This document shows, piece after piece, positions 46,350 to 56,185 of a stretch of 64,000 nt of DNA (its first letter is position 1; the number at the start of each line of letters is the position of its first letter). This DNA is from a virus (lineage: Duplodnaviria; Caudoviricetes). The translations under genes were made by a program, and so were the position numbers. Below the pieces are notes generated by a model. That model did no database searches, was not told the origin of the DNA, and saw only the letters and a program-made list of their open reading frames with translations. Location: positions 5,456-69,455 of IMG/VR virus record IMGVR_UViG_3300025715_000024, one strand, 5' to 3'.

Positions 46350-46780
46350 TGCAAAATTACCTCACCTTCCCTCACCGTCCACTGTTCTTTTATGGTGAAT
46401 GTTTTCTGGTCTTGCGTGAACCCCTCTCCATGTGTCCGGTAAAGGATAAACGCCCTCGGGTCAGAGCAACCGTCTTTGGTAGAGCATGAAGAAATGGTCA
46501 TATTATTCACCCCGATAGGCGCAGGCCCCATGTCAAAATGGCATGAACCATCAGCAGCCGAAGGGACCGCTATCGTGCCTGTCGGACTCACCCACGTACC
46601 CGTCACGGTATGGAACTCCACCGGAGGGTCAGTGACCAACGGAGGGTCACAGCCCAAGTATGGCTCGGCCTGTGTCGCAAACGCGAACAGCATACCTATT
46701 ACCAGCCCCAGTATCGCCCATCCCATATATTCAAATGTTTTCTTCATCTCCCCTCCTGTGGAAGTGGGGCATAGCCCCAC
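46346..46780 (-). CDS. Exported or membrane protein in the lysis region
   Basis: Signal-peptide-like segment ending ATQA, followed by a beta-rich domain. Confidence 0.45.
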   Translation of the reverse strand: MGLCPTSTGGEMKKTFEYMGWAILGLVIGMLFAFATQAEPYLGCDPPLVTDPPVEFHTVTGTWVSPTGTIAVPSAADGSCHFDMGPAPIGVNNMTISSCSTKDGCSDPRAFILYRTHGEGFTQDQKTFTIKEQWTVREGEVILQ

Positions 46781-46795
46781 ATTCCGTCAGTCCTT

Positions 46796-47113
46796 TTACG
46801 GCGTTCCCGCGGGCGTGTTGGCCGCTACTGCCGCCGTGATATTTGCCGTTGCCGTTGCAACTTCCTGTTCCAATGCAGCCACTTTTGCGGGGTCAACACC
46901 TGCCGCTTCCAGCCGTGCCGGGAATCCCTGAATCAGCAAAACCGCCGCCGATACAGCCGTAATCAATTCATGAACCTTTGTTTCCAAACCTGTAATTTCT
47001 GCCATGAGCGCATCCTCCTTTCCTCGGGCCTCTTCAAGAAGGCCGATAATAATGTCCAACTTCTTATCAGTCAAAACCTTTGACATCGCTGTTACTATCC
47101 AACTAAACGCCAT
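46796..47113 (-). CDS. Coiled-coil protein (possible spanin-like or lysis accessory)
   Basis: Ala-rich heptads next to the endolysin. Confidence 0.4.
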   Translation of the reverse strand: MAFSWIVTAMSKVLTDKKLDIIIGLLEEARGKEDALMAEITGLETKVHELITAVSAAVLLIQGFPARLEAAGVDPAKVAALEQEVATATANITAAVAANTPAGTP

Positions 47114-47318
47114 TTAACCACCTCTGTTCCTTCGCATAAAGCAGCATCGCGTTTACCGTTGTCGTAAGCATCTTTGGGGCATCACAAGCATACGGCGCCT
47201 GAACAATCTCCATGACATCTATTGCTTCCTCGGCAAACTTCAAACGGCGCCGGAGCTCCTGCTTATATCTTTCTTCGCCCGCCATCATGCTCATCAATTC
47301 TGTATTTGACATTTTCAT
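47103..47318 (-). CDS. Hypothetical protein
   Basis: 71 aa, coupled to neighbours. Confidence 0.45.
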   Translation of the reverse strand: MKMSNTELMSMMAGEERYKQELRRRLKFAEEAIDVMEIVQAPYACDAPKMLTTTVNAMLLYAKEQRWLNGV

Positions 47319-47731
47319 GCTGCCACCTGTAAATGCGCGTATTCTTTAACCTTCCCATTTTTACCAATAACCTGGGTTAAGCCAAGGCTCTTTCCAAACT
47401 CGATTGCCTTATCCCATAAGTCCTTATGGGACATTTTCCAGTCGGGCTTGCCATCAACCATAATAACAAAATCAAAAGCATCTCCGTTGATATGCTTGCT
47501 CTTTAGAGTCCATGTTACCTTTTTGCCCGGCTTAGTGCGTCCTTGGGCATATAAACTCTTTTGCTCCTCTATCGTCCTACGGGTACAGGTAATCAGATAA
47601 CCAATGCCGGCCTGGAGCATTTTTATCTCCCACTCGGCTGCCCTGTCCCGCATCTCCGAAGACAAATCTTTTATGTCGCGGCTGCTCATATTGAACTCCT
47701 TATAAAAAGTGACGGGCGCTCGGAACGACAA
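47315..47731 (-). CDS. Endolysin, M15-family peptidase
   Basis: RTIEEQKSLYAQGRT, SKHINGDAFD and EYAHLQ. Probable start at 47692 (RBS AAGGAG). Confidence 0.85.
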   Translation of the reverse strand: MSFRAPVTFYKEFNMSSRDIKDLSSEMRDRAAEWEIKMLQAGIGYLITCTRRTIEEQKSLYAQGRTKPGKKVTWTLKSKHINGDAFDFVIMVDGKPDWKMSHKDLWDKAIEFGKSLGLTQVIGKNGKVKEYAHLQVAA

Positions 47732-47856
47732 AGGCTCCTATCATACTACTACGCTTGAAAAGGCAAACTAAATAAGGGTACGCAAAGTCAGCGGTGACCA
47801 TTGATGCGATTAACCTGGCTACATTTCTGGTTCTATGTTTTTCCAAGTTTAAACCC

Positions 47857-47876
47857 TATTCAGTTTTCAAAGAACA
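47857..47876 (-). promoter_or_regulatory. BoxA-like antitermination element
   Basis: TGTTCTTTGAAAACTGAATA on the minus strand, intergenic. Resembles rrn boxA variants. Confidence 0.45.
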
Positions 47877-47886
47877 CCGCCCGCCA

Positions 47887-48375
47887 CTAATCATCTCCAA
47901 TTCTGCGATGTAGATTCTCAGCAATATCCACCACTGATATCATCAGCTTCTTGCCCTTGCGGGAATAGACCTTGGAAGATAGGTAACATTCCCGGATACG
48001 TCCATCCTTCATCCGAAAATTAATAGGAACCTGTTTAATATATCCAGCATCCAATATCTTCGAAACAACCATGCTTCTCTGCTCCGGGTCTTCATACAGG
48101 GATAATTCATAAATAGACTTCCCCACGGCCTCTTCCTCTGTATAGCCGGTCAGTTCCACGAATGACGTATTAACCTGTTTTATAATGGCATCGTCCACTC
48201 CAACAACCAGCATCGGGGTTGGGGATACACAGAATATGGCCCGGAACATTTCCGCATCTTCAGCGAGAAGACTCTGTTGGCCCTCTATCCTGACGATTAA
48301 TTCTTGTATCCGTTCCCAGTTTTCTCTCTTACGCTTCACCGACGGGATAAATCCCATTAAAGAATAAATGTTCAT
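47887..48375 (-). CDS. Stand-alone PAS domain protein
   Basis: FRAIF..SPTPMLV...VNTSFVELTGYTEEEAVGK and FRMKDG. Confidence 0.85.
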   Translation of the reverse strand: MNIYSLMGFIPSVKRKRENWERIQELIVRIEGQQSLLAEDAEMFRAIFCVSPTPMLVVGVDDAIIKQVNTSFVELTGYTEEEAVGKSIYELSLYEDPEQRSMVVSKILDAGYIKQVPINFRMKDGRIRECYLSSKVYSRKGKKLMISVVDIAENLHRRIGDD

Positions 48376-48662
48376 TGCCCTTTAGCCTCTCTTCTTTTTT
48401 GGTCCCATCTTATCTCCGCCAACAATTCCAATGCCGCCTTCTGGTCACTCTTTAAGGTAGCCACAGTTTCGATAGTGTACTTAAAGTCAGATTCCAGTTT
48501 CGTAATACGAGTCGCATTGGTAAAATATCCGGTGAATAATCCGGTAAACAGAAGGACGAGAATTGTGACAACCGCCGCCCAGGTCAGTGTCAATTTACTT
48601 TCGCTTTGCTGGTTTTCTCTTATTGTATTTTTTAACTCTTCCAATAATTTATTTTCGTCCAT
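48372..48662 (-). CDS. Holin-like membrane protein
   Basis: One TM helix plus coiled coil, upstream of the PAS and endolysin genes. Confidence 0.5.
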   Translation of the reverse strand: MDENKLLEELKNTIRENQQSESKLTLTWAAVVTILVLLFTGLFTGYFTNATRITKLESDFKYTIETVATLKSDQKAALELLAEIRWDQKRREAKGQ

Positions 48663-48903
48663 TTTTTATCCTATCCACGTGTAATTTCCCGCTGCAATAA
48701 TTGTCGTTCCGCCAGTGCCGGAAGTGCCTGCTGCGGTGCTATAATTTCCCATATTCATCCAATTAACATCACAGAATATTTTATGTTTTTTTGCAGAGGC
48801 CGCCACAGGCTCCCTTTGAGCTAGGACACACCCTAGCGATGTACCAAATACTCCAGATTTTATACTGTCATAATGAAAGCAAGAAAAGGCCATTTTGTCT
48901 TCC

Positions 48904-50142
48904 TTATGCCGGAACGCTTGTTTGCGTTATTTTTATGTAACTTGCTAATGAAAAAAGCCCTGCATGGCCCCTATAAACAACATCTACTATTTTAAATTCC
49001 GTTCCACCAGAAGGGTAATATGTTGACGGCCAATTACTATCTACCGTCAGCGTATCTGACGTATTTGAAGATATTTTTTTTACGAGACCAATTCCGGGCC
49101 CATTTGTAAGGCAACAAAACTTTCCGGCATGGGCGTTTACAGCCCATGACCGCGTTGAATCACTTATCGTATTAGCAGTGAGCCCGGTTATTAAATTTAC
49201 CTCTGGGAATGAACCATCGTTATTAAGTATCATCATATCCATCGCTGCAGGGGTAATTCCACATAAGAAATTATTGCCAAGGCTTCCCATTATATGCCCT
49301 GGTATAGTTGCCAGTATATTAACTATATAAATCGGGGTGAGATAATACTTGCCTTCATTATAAAACGAAAGACTTCCCAGCGCCGGGCTTGAGATATTTT
49401 GTGCATATAGATAAGTGGTCCCAACTGTTGTTCCTGCATCTCCCCACATAGAAACAGGGAACCACCAGTTGCTCGTTACGTATCCACAGCCAAAAGTCGT
49501 AGCAGGGGAGCCAATGACAGCACCGGTCCCATAGTTTCTTGGCAAGGCTATTAATTTTCTTGTTGTTGCGTCAGGGGAGGCTGTAATTATTAAACTGTCG
49601 CAACCCTCATCTCCAACAATTTGGATTCTCTTGCCGACTCCCTGTCCAGCAGACGAAGCGATTGTTATAGTCCCTGCCGTTCCTGCAGTACCCTGCGCAT
49701 TTGTTATATTATTATCAAACCGGACAGGGAGGTGTCCGAATATAATGCCATATTGAGCAGTGTTGACAATGCCTATGTTAGGTGTTATAAAAACGAGATT
49801 CTTATCACCAACAATCATCCCGGGGCTTAGCGCCTGGAAACTTGCCGCACCAAGCTGGCTCCATGTTGAACTTCCCCCCGCTAATTTTTGCCTTACACCA
49901 GTGTGCGATGCGCTATTCCAATATTGATAGAAAGCAAACGCTATAATGGCGCCGGTACCAGCATCAATCCAAACATAGCCATAATGCTCATTCCCAGACT
50001 CACCATTGGATTTATAAACCTTAACGGTTGCACTGATATTATCGTGGAGCTCCCAGCCCATATTAATCATGGCAGTCTGTATATATCCCCAAAAAGCAGC
50101 CCGGGTTCCGTCATACATGAATTCATAACCAATATAACTCAT
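48904..50142 (-). CDS. Tail or receptor-binding protein, paralogue B
   Basis: Near-identical N-terminal 64 aa to 50153-51400. Confidence 0.6.
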   Translation of the reverse strand: MSYIGYEFMYDGTRAAFWGYIQTAMINMGWELHDNISATVKVYKSNGESGNEHYGYVWIDAGTGAIIAFAFYQYWNSASHTGVRQKLAGGSSTWSQLGAASFQALSPGMIVGDKNLVFITPNIGIVNTAQYGIIFGHLPVRFDNNITNAQGTAGTAGTITIASSAGQGVGKRIQIVGDEGCDSLIITASPDATTRKLIALPRNYGTGAVIGSPATTFGCGYVTSNWWFPVSMWGDAGTTVGTTYLYAQNISSPALGSLSFYNEGKYYLTPIYIVNILATIPGHIMGSLGNNFLCGITPAAMDMMILNNDGSFPEVNLITGLTANTISDSTRSWAVNAHAGKFCCLTNGPGIGLVKKISSNTSDTLTVDSNWPSTYYPSGGTEFKIVDVVYRGHAGLFSLASYIKITQTSVPA

Positions 50143-50152
50143 TACCGCCCCC

Positions 50153-51400
50153 TTATTCTGGCACTTTAGTATCTGTTATTAGGTACATAGAGTATGAACC
50201 AATAACATTCTGCATCTGTCTCCGCGCAAAATCAGACAACATATAAACGGAGCCGCTAACTGGTTGAATTTTCCAATTACTATCAGCAGTAAATGACGTA
50301 GCGTCATTTCCTGTTATTTTTTTTACTCCACCAGCTGCCGTTCCAGACCCACCAGTGATAACACAAAACTTTCCAACTAATTCATCTGCTCCCCACGCCT
50401 TAGAAGAATCAATAAGCGAGGCAGTCCCAGCGCTTGATGCTGTGCCAAATGAACCTGTCCCTGCAGTGGAAATAGAGCCATCATTATTTGCAATGGCCAC
50501 ATCTAATTGGGTTGGCATATACCCATATAAGAAATGCTTAGTGCAACCAATCAGGGAACCAGGAACTGCTGACGATACATTGCTTATAATATAAGGGGAC
50601 AGTATATACTTATTTTCACTAAATAAAATCGAGTTAAATTGGGGAGTTGCTACAATTAAAGTATAGCTTAATGTCGAAGTTCCAGCCGTTCCAGAATCTC
50701 CCCATACGCTCACTGGATACCAATAGCCATAATAAGAGGGTCCATTTGTTATGCCAAAAGTTGATGCCGGTGTGCCTATTTTTGAGCCAGTTCCATAATC
50801 GACGGCTAATTTATTAACAATAATCGTAGAGCTGTTGGGAGAGCTTATAACAAATGCCCTATCACAATATCCATTTGTTCCAACAATCTGTATGTTTACT
50901 CCCTTACCAAGCCCAGAGGTTGAAGCGACTGTAAGGGTCCCTGCCGTTCCTGCTGTTCCGTGGGCGTTTACAACAAATCCTTGTCTGGTCGGTATATGGC
51001 CAAAACAACAGCCCGTAACATTTCCGGTATAATATTGAGAGGCTACCATCACAACCATATCCTTGTCTCCGCCAAGGAAAGCAGGATATGTTGAAGAAAA
51101 AACTGATACTCGCGAATGTGTGCTTGGCGAATCGGCTGTGTATCGCGGTCGTATCCCAACGTGCGACACAGCATCCCAATGTTGATAGGCACAAAATTGG
51201 ACATATGTACCGGTACCGGCATCTATCCAGATGTACCCGTAAGGCTCGTTACCTGATTCGCCGTTTGATTTATACACTTTCACTGTCGCACTTATATCAT
51301 CATGGAGCTCCCAGCCCATATTAACAAGGGCTACCTGAAGATACCCCCACCAAGTCGCCCTGGTTCCGTCATAATAAAATTCATATCCTAGATAAGCCAT
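50153..51400 (-). CDS. Tail or receptor-binding protein, paralogue A
   Basis: MAYLGYEF...GWELHD.ISATVKVYKSNGESGNE. Contains GTAGTAGT. Confidence 0.6.
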   Translation of the reverse strand: MAYLGYEFYYDGTRATWWGYLQVALVNMGWELHDDISATVKVYKSNGESGNEPYGYIWIDAGTGTYVQFCAYQHWDAVSHVGIRPRYTADSPSTHSRVSVFSSTYPAFLGGDKDMVVMVASQYYTGNVTGCCFGHIPTRQGFVVNAHGTAGTAGTLTVASTSGLGKGVNIQIVGTNGYCDRAFVISSPNSSTIIVNKLAVDYGTGSKIGTPASTFGITNGPSYYGYWYPVSVWGDSGTAGTSTLSYTLIVATPQFNSILFSENKYILSPYIISNVSSAVPGSLIGCTKHFLYGYMPTQLDVAIANNDGSISTAGTGSFGTASSAGTASLIDSSKAWGADELVGKFCVITGGSGTAAGGVKKITGNDATSFTADSNWKIQPVSGSVYMLSDFARRQMQNVIGSYSMYLITDTKVPE

Positions 51401-51407
51401 TGCACAC

Positions 51408-53894
51408 CTACTGCGTAAATCTTATTGATAAAGTTGCCTTCTGCACGGTCCCGGCAGAATCAACATTGAAAGCAATCACATCTCCTGCCGCTATCCCCAA
51501 TGTGCCCCATGTTGTAAGATTGCTGTCCAGGGCATATGCCGTCCCCGACAATGTGGGCTTCTCTGTTCCGGCAATTGTATCGGCAACTGTCGGCAAAGCT
51601 CCCGCCTTCTTCCAAACATCGATAACCAAATCTCCTGCCGTGTCTCCCACCAAGTACCAGGCCTGAACAGTGCATGAGAAAGGAATGGTAATATATCCCT
51701 TAACTCCCGTGGAAATAGTCGTTCCGGCGCCATCCATAGTTAAGCCAAACGCCGAAACCAAAGCAGTGGCCGAGGTCCCAGATGTCCCAGAAGATGTTGC
51801 CCCTCCAGCTCCGCTGGACTCGGCATACAAGGCCGTTCCGGCATAAGCGGCTGATGCCGCATAATATGAAGTCCCAGCGTTGGCTGCTGTTGTAGCCGAG
51901 CCTGCTGAGCCGGCATTACCGGCAGATGTTGCCAGGTCAGCCTTTGCTGCGGTGCCAGCCGACAAAGAATAAGCAGCTGTGCCTCCGGTTGCCAGCCCTC
52001 CACCATTACCGGCTGAAGCAGCGTAAGCAGCCGTACCGGCTGATATGGCATAATCTGCTGTGCCCCCAGTCGATAAGCCGCCTCCCCCTCCGCTACCAGC
52101 GTTACCACATGATTCCGCGTAATAAGCCGTGCCTGCGTAGGCAGCGCTGCCGGCTACGGCAGCTGACGTCGCCTTATAAGATGTTCCTGCATTCCCGGCG
52201 CTGGTGGCGAAATCAGAGGTCCCTGCTGCCGTGGAGAACGATGCCGTACCTGATAGCTGAGACCTGAAGGCAGTACCAGAGCGCCCTGAAGAATCCGCAT
52301 AAGCTACGTTGGCCGCCGAAGCAGCATAGCCTGCCGTTCCAGCGTTAGCTGCTGAAGTGGCCTTCTGCGAAGTTCCGGCATAAGGAGCGGTGCCGGCTAT
52401 ATTGGCCGTTGTTGCAAAAGACGCCGTACCAGAATATGGGGCTGTTCCGGCTATAGCTGCGGTGGTAGCGTATGACGCTGAGCCCGAATTGGCGGCTGAT
52501 GTCGCTTTGTAAGCAGTTCCGGAATAGGGGGCCGAGCCGGATATCGCTGCCGTAGTGGCATATGATGCTGACCCAGCGTTGGCAGCAGAAGTGGCTTTGT
52601 ATGTCGTCCCGGAATTGCCGGCGCTGGTGGCAAAGGAAGCAGTCCCGGCCCCGGCGGCTGACGTCGCCTTATAAGATGTCCCTGCGTAATCTGACGATGC
52701 TGCCTTACCGGCAGAATCGGCCCTACCTGCCGTCCCAGCAGATATAGCTTTTGAAGCAGTCCCTGAAGTAGTAGCATATCCGATTGTCCCAAAGGTGGCT
52801 CCGGTACCATGCCATTGTCCAAGGTCGTCGAAATAAGCGAGTTCGGTATTTGCATAATTGCGGAAAGAAACCCTGGTGGTTCCATCGGTTGCCCCGCCCA
52901 TACGGAGGATAATGTTTTCTGCCCTGGCCGCGTTTACCCAAACGGGATTCTCAAAGGGGATAACCAGTAATGTGTCTAATCCGGCTGATTCAAGAACATA
53001 GGCGGCCTTTACAGACCGTCCAGACGTTGGCCTGGTCTGTGAATATTTACCGCCAGTTGTAAGAAATAAAAGAGTACCAGCAGCCCATACACCGCCATCG
53101 GCATTTACATATCCAGTAGCTGACGTATCGACTTCATCCAGCTCCCCGGCGCGGCGGATAAACCCAAATGCGTTAAGAGCCAAGTCTTGAGACGCCAGCC
53201 CAGCTATCCGGCATTTTGTAGCATCTGTATTGTCGGCCAACTTAACAACTGGATTGTTCCCAGTTGCTGAATAAATATAGACAGCTTGACCCTTTTTTAT
53301 GGCCTCACCGGCCTTAACATAAAAACCAAGACGCCTTGCGCCCCAGGCAGTTCCTGCCTCGCCAGCTGATGCAGCTTTATAAGCCGTTCCAGCTTGGCCG
53401 GCTGATTGAGCGTAATAAGTTGTCCCAGCATAACCTGCCGAAGTTGCCTTGGAAGAGGTCCCTGAATAGGGTGAAGTTCCAGCAATGGAAGAAGTTGTTG
53501 CAAAAGACGAGGTGCCCGCATTGGCCGCCGTGGTAGCGAATGTCGCTGTTCCAGATATCCCAGCGGATGGAGCGCTTATCGCGTAATAAGCTGTCCCTGC
53601 ATAGGCGGCGGTAGTGGCTGAGCCTGCACTTCCGGCATTCCCGGCGGATGTTGCATAATCTGTATTGCCTGAAGTTCCGGAGGACCCGGATGTGCCACTG
53701 GAGCCGGCCACCCCCTCAATAAGCTCAATGGTGATATCCTCACCGGATTCAATGGTGGCCTCGATGTAACTCGTACCCGCAAAAGACACCTCAACACTGG
53801 CAGTCCCATCGACGGACACGGCTATTGCCGGGCCGGTTACGATAGTGGCATTAATGTCTTGACCGGATTCTAGGGTTACATCGATATCGCTCAC
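51408..53894 (-). CDS. Tail fibre-like protein with Ala/Gly/Ser/Thr hexapeptide repeats
   Basis: Two long (Y/F/K)A(T/A)SAG(N/T)AG(T/S)A repeat tracts flanking a globular domain. C-terminal FGLTMDG..GVKG domain. Confidence 0.7.
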   Translation of the reverse strand: MSDIDVTLESGQDINATIVTGPAIAVSVDGTASVEVSFAGTSYIEATIESGEDITIELIEGVAGSSGTSGSSGTSGNTDYATSAGNAGSAGSATTAAYAGTAYYAISAPSAGISGTATFATTAANAGTSSFATTSSIAGTSPYSGTSSKATSAGYAGTTYYAQSAGQAGTAYKAASAGEAGTAWGARRLGFYVKAGEAIKKGQAVYIYSATGNNPVVKLADNTDATKCRIAGLASQDLALNAFGFIRRAGELDEVDTSATGYVNADGGVWAAGTLLFLTTGGKYSQTRPTSGRSVKAAYVLESAGLDTLLVIPFENPVWVNAARAENIILRMGGATDGTTRVSFRNYANTELAYFDDLGQWHGTGATFGTIGYATTSGTASKAISAGTAGRADSAGKAASSDYAGTSYKATSAAGAGTASFATSAGNSGTTYKATSAANAGSASYATTAAISGSAPYSGTAYKATSAANSGSASYATTAAIAGTAPYSGTASFATTANIAGTAPYAGTSQKATSAANAGTAGYAASAANVAYADSSGRSGTAFRSQLSGTASFSTAAGTSDFATSAGNAGTSYKATSAAVAGSAAYAGTAYYAESCGNAGSGGGGGLSTGGTADYAISAGTAAYAASAGNGGGLATGGTAAYSLSAGTAAKADLATSAGNAGSAGSATTAANAGTSYYAASAAYAGTALYAESSGAGGATSSGTSGTSATALVSAFGLTMDGAGTTISTGVKGYITIPFSCTVQAWYLVGDTAGDLVIDVWKKAGALPTVADTIAGTEKPTLSGTAYALDSNLTTWGTLGIAAGDVIAFNVDSAGTVQKATLSIRFTQ

Positions 53895-54268
53895 GCCGCC
53901 GTCCCTGCCGTCCCTGGTGTACGGGTAACGTCATACTCCAGGTTATATTTGCCACGCATGACGGTATAGTGTTTACTGTCCGCAGTAGTAACCGCGATAT
54001 CAAAGTCATATTCGCCCGGCTCAACATTAACCGTATCAGAAGGCAAAAGGGTTATTTCGGCAACTCCTGTGGTGCCAGAAGTTGTATCAGAAAAAGTAGT
54101 TACGGTCTTAGAAACAACTGCCTCCGAATCTGGAAGGGACGCATTTTGTTTAAGGGTCATTTTTACAACCCAGTTCTTAATATTATAAACGGCCCCAGAA
54201 GAATTCTTAAAGGTCAGTGTGTATGTTTTTGTATCTCCCCTTATGGAGGATAACTGTCGAAGAGCCAT
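53891..54268 (-). CDS. BppU-like fibre-attachment domain protein
   Basis: IRGDTKTYTLTF...ITLLPSDT...GEYDFDI pattern. Confidence 0.55.
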   Translation of the reverse strand: MALRQLSSIRGDTKTYTLTFKNSSGAVYNIKNWVVKMTLKQNASLPDSEAVVSKTVTTFSDTTSGTTGVAEITLLPSDTVNVEPGEYDFDIAVTTADSKHYTVMRGKYNLEYDVTRTPGTAGTAA

Positions 54269-54279
54269 CGTATCCCCCT

Positions 54280-54678
54280 TTACTGGACAATTAATTCAGC
54301 CGATAACTTTGACTGTGCGCCCGCAGTTCCCGCCCCAGACTGCTGTGCCACAAATTTAATAAACGGGGTTAATATCGGATTGAATTCCGCATAGGTGCGG
54401 CCGCCGGTGCCATAGGTTCCGATGGTAGAGGCTGTGGCCGCCGTGCCGCTAGGTGATATAAATTCTCCATCTAAAGACACCCCGACTTTATAAATAAGAG
54501 ATGTCGTCCCGCCAGTTGTGGATGTTCCGCCAACCACCGATGTGGCAATGGCAAATTTCCCGCGCTGGGCAACATACCTTAAGTCGATAGCACGTGATGT
54601 GGCTGAATCGCCCGCAGAGAGAGGGGCGTTGGTGAATAATGGATGGACGGAGACCGGAGTAAATCCTCGTTCGGCCAT
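54280..54678 (-). CDS. Virion structural protein
   Basis: RBS AAGGAGG, G/T-rich loops. Confidence 0.55.
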   Translation of the reverse strand: MAERGFTPVSVHPLFTNAPLSAGDSATSRAIDLRYVAQRGKFAIATSVVGGTSTTGGTTSLIYKVGVSLDGEFISPSGTAATASTIGTYGTGGRTYAEFNPILTPFIKFVAQQSGAGTAGAQSKLSAELIVQ

Positions 54679-54770
54679 GGTAATACCTCCTTAACTTACT
54701 TACATACTTACATGAGAGGTAACACCGGAGGGCCGGAAGCCCCCCGGTACTGTATTAAGTTGTTATAGTG

Positions 54771-54956
54771 TTAGCCTCCTGCCGTTCCGCAGGTGCCCCA
54801 TGAATCTGTGGTCAGACCATAGGCAAAAAACAACTGCTTCGTATCGGTCCGAACAAAAATATCACCAACCTTTGAGGGGCAGATGTTTAATGTGTTCGGG
54901 TTGTCACTCCCGGAAAAAATATGGGGAGACTCCTTGCTTGCATTTTTTATTGCCAT
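54771..54956 (-). CDS. Small virion protein
   Basis: RBS GGAGG. PSKVGDIFVRTDT..FFAYG. Confidence 0.55.
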   Translation of the reverse strand: MAIKNASKESPHIFSGSDNPNTLNICPSKVGDIFVRTDTKQLFFAYGLTTDSWGTCGTAGG

Positions 54957-54982
54957 TTTACTTCCTCCTTTAGAGGGTTAAA

Positions 54983-55744
54983 TTATCTTCCAAATTCCCG
55001 CGGGCGCATACGCTGCTTCTGAGAAATAACCTTCCTCGTCTTCTGAATATACGCGTCCGGGAGAGAACCGAACTTCGCCGTGAAGGCATCTTCATAATAC
55101 TTGGCCAGGTTCGGGTTTAACGTTTCACTGTCCGGCTTGAGATAAGCCAGGTGAGCAGCCCAATCACAAAGGTCAACATGGTATTGCTCATCAATTTCCG
55201 GAGATGTTGAAAGAGTAAATGGCCATAGCGGTATGCGGGAAATAACCAATCGCGCTATGTCAGAAACAGAAGGAGCCTTAACAAAGGTTAAGGTGTTATT
55301 GGGCTCGTTCATAAAGAAAGTCGGGTAGCCGCTGCTTCCGGCGGTCCCGACTGTTCCGTTGGTCCCAAACCACCCGACCGCCAAATCATCCAGCTCCGCA
55401 TAGGTCACTGGACCGGTCAAGGGGTATTCCATGGATGCCAGCTGGCACCGCTTAATCTGCAATATCTTAGGGGAGAGATTGTAGGTCGCCTGGTCCGCAA
55501 CTATCGGGACCCAGCAAAGGGACCGAATCCCATTTGTTCCGGCTGTCCCATTCGTGCTCGCCGTGGCCGCTGTTCCTAAATCATTCTGCGTCGTCGCGTC
55601 AATAATTAAATGAGCGCGGCGGCAGGCCTGGACCTCAGCATAGTTCAACATACGAAGCAGTTCCGTATCCGACCATAACTGAGGGGCATAAATATCGTCC
55701 AGGATGCTTTCCCTAAGATGGGCAACAAGCTCTTTGCCGTTCAT
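54983..55744 (-). CDS. Head-tail adaptor-like protein
   Basis: LR..ILDD...LWSDTELLRMLNYA, PEIDEQYH.DL.DWA and YYEDAF. Confidence 0.65.
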   Translation of the reverse strand: MNGKELVAHLRESILDDIYAPQLWSDTELLRMLNYAEVQACRRAHLIIDATTQNDLGTAATASTNGTAGTNGIRSLCWVPIVADQATYNLSPKILQIKRCQLASMEYPLTGPVTYAELDDLAVGWFGTNGTVGTAGSSGYPTFFMNEPNNTLTFVKAPSVSDIARLVISRIPLWPFTLSTSPEIDEQYHVDLCDWAAHLAYLKPDSETLNPNLAKYYEDAFTAKFGSLPDAYIQKTRKVISQKQRMRPREFGR

Positions 55745-56122
55745 TTACAGCTCCTTTGCCTCGGGACGAGCAGTATTAACTACGGCGTTCGGGGGCGGGG
55801 CTTCTACCTTTTCCTCGATATTGACCCCCTCTTTCACCAGGGTATAGTTGATTCGCTTAACATCCTTGGTGTATTCCTTGCCGTTTTCGTCATGCTTGGT
55901 TACGCGGGTAATCCTCGTATCCAGCATCAGGCGCACAGGCCGCGGAATGTCTATGGCGACCCCGGGCTTGCACAGAAATGGATATCCATTAAGAGAAATG
56001 AATAACCCTTCCTTCGGAATATCCTCCGCTTCGTGAATAATAATCCGGTCTCTTATCTGGCCCGCAGGACCATGAAAGAAGTTCTCCGGATGCTTCTGCT
56101 CTTCCGTCTTTACTCTTGGCAT
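55745..56122 (-). CDS. Conserved head-region protein
   Basis: FISLNGY...PGVAIDIP pattern downstream of the capsid genes. Confidence 0.55.
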   Translation of the reverse strand: MPRVKTEEQKHPENFFHGPAGQIRDRIIIHEAEDIPKEGLFISLNGYPFLCKPGVAIDIPRPVRLMLDTRITRVTKHDENGKEYTKDVKRINYTLVKEGVNIEEKVEAPPPNAVVNTARPEAKEL

Positions 56123-56152
56123 AACTTTTCCCTCCAGGTTTAATTAATGAAA

Positions 56153-56172
56153 GTGGGGCCAGAAAGCCCCAC
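56153..56172 (-). terminator. Hairpin or terminator after the putative decoration gene
   Basis: GTGGGGC-tttctg-GCCCCAC followed by TTTC on the minus strand. Confidence 0.45.
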
Positions 56173-56185
56173 CTATAAAAGACTA

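Noticed and set aside
47760-47840. tRNA gene
   Set aside because: It slightly resembles a D-arm start, but no acceptor stem, T-loop or anticodon arm could be built.
48904-53894. Diversity-generating retroelement acting on tail genes
   Set aside because: No reverse transcriptase in the window and no template/variable repeat pair differing only at adenines.
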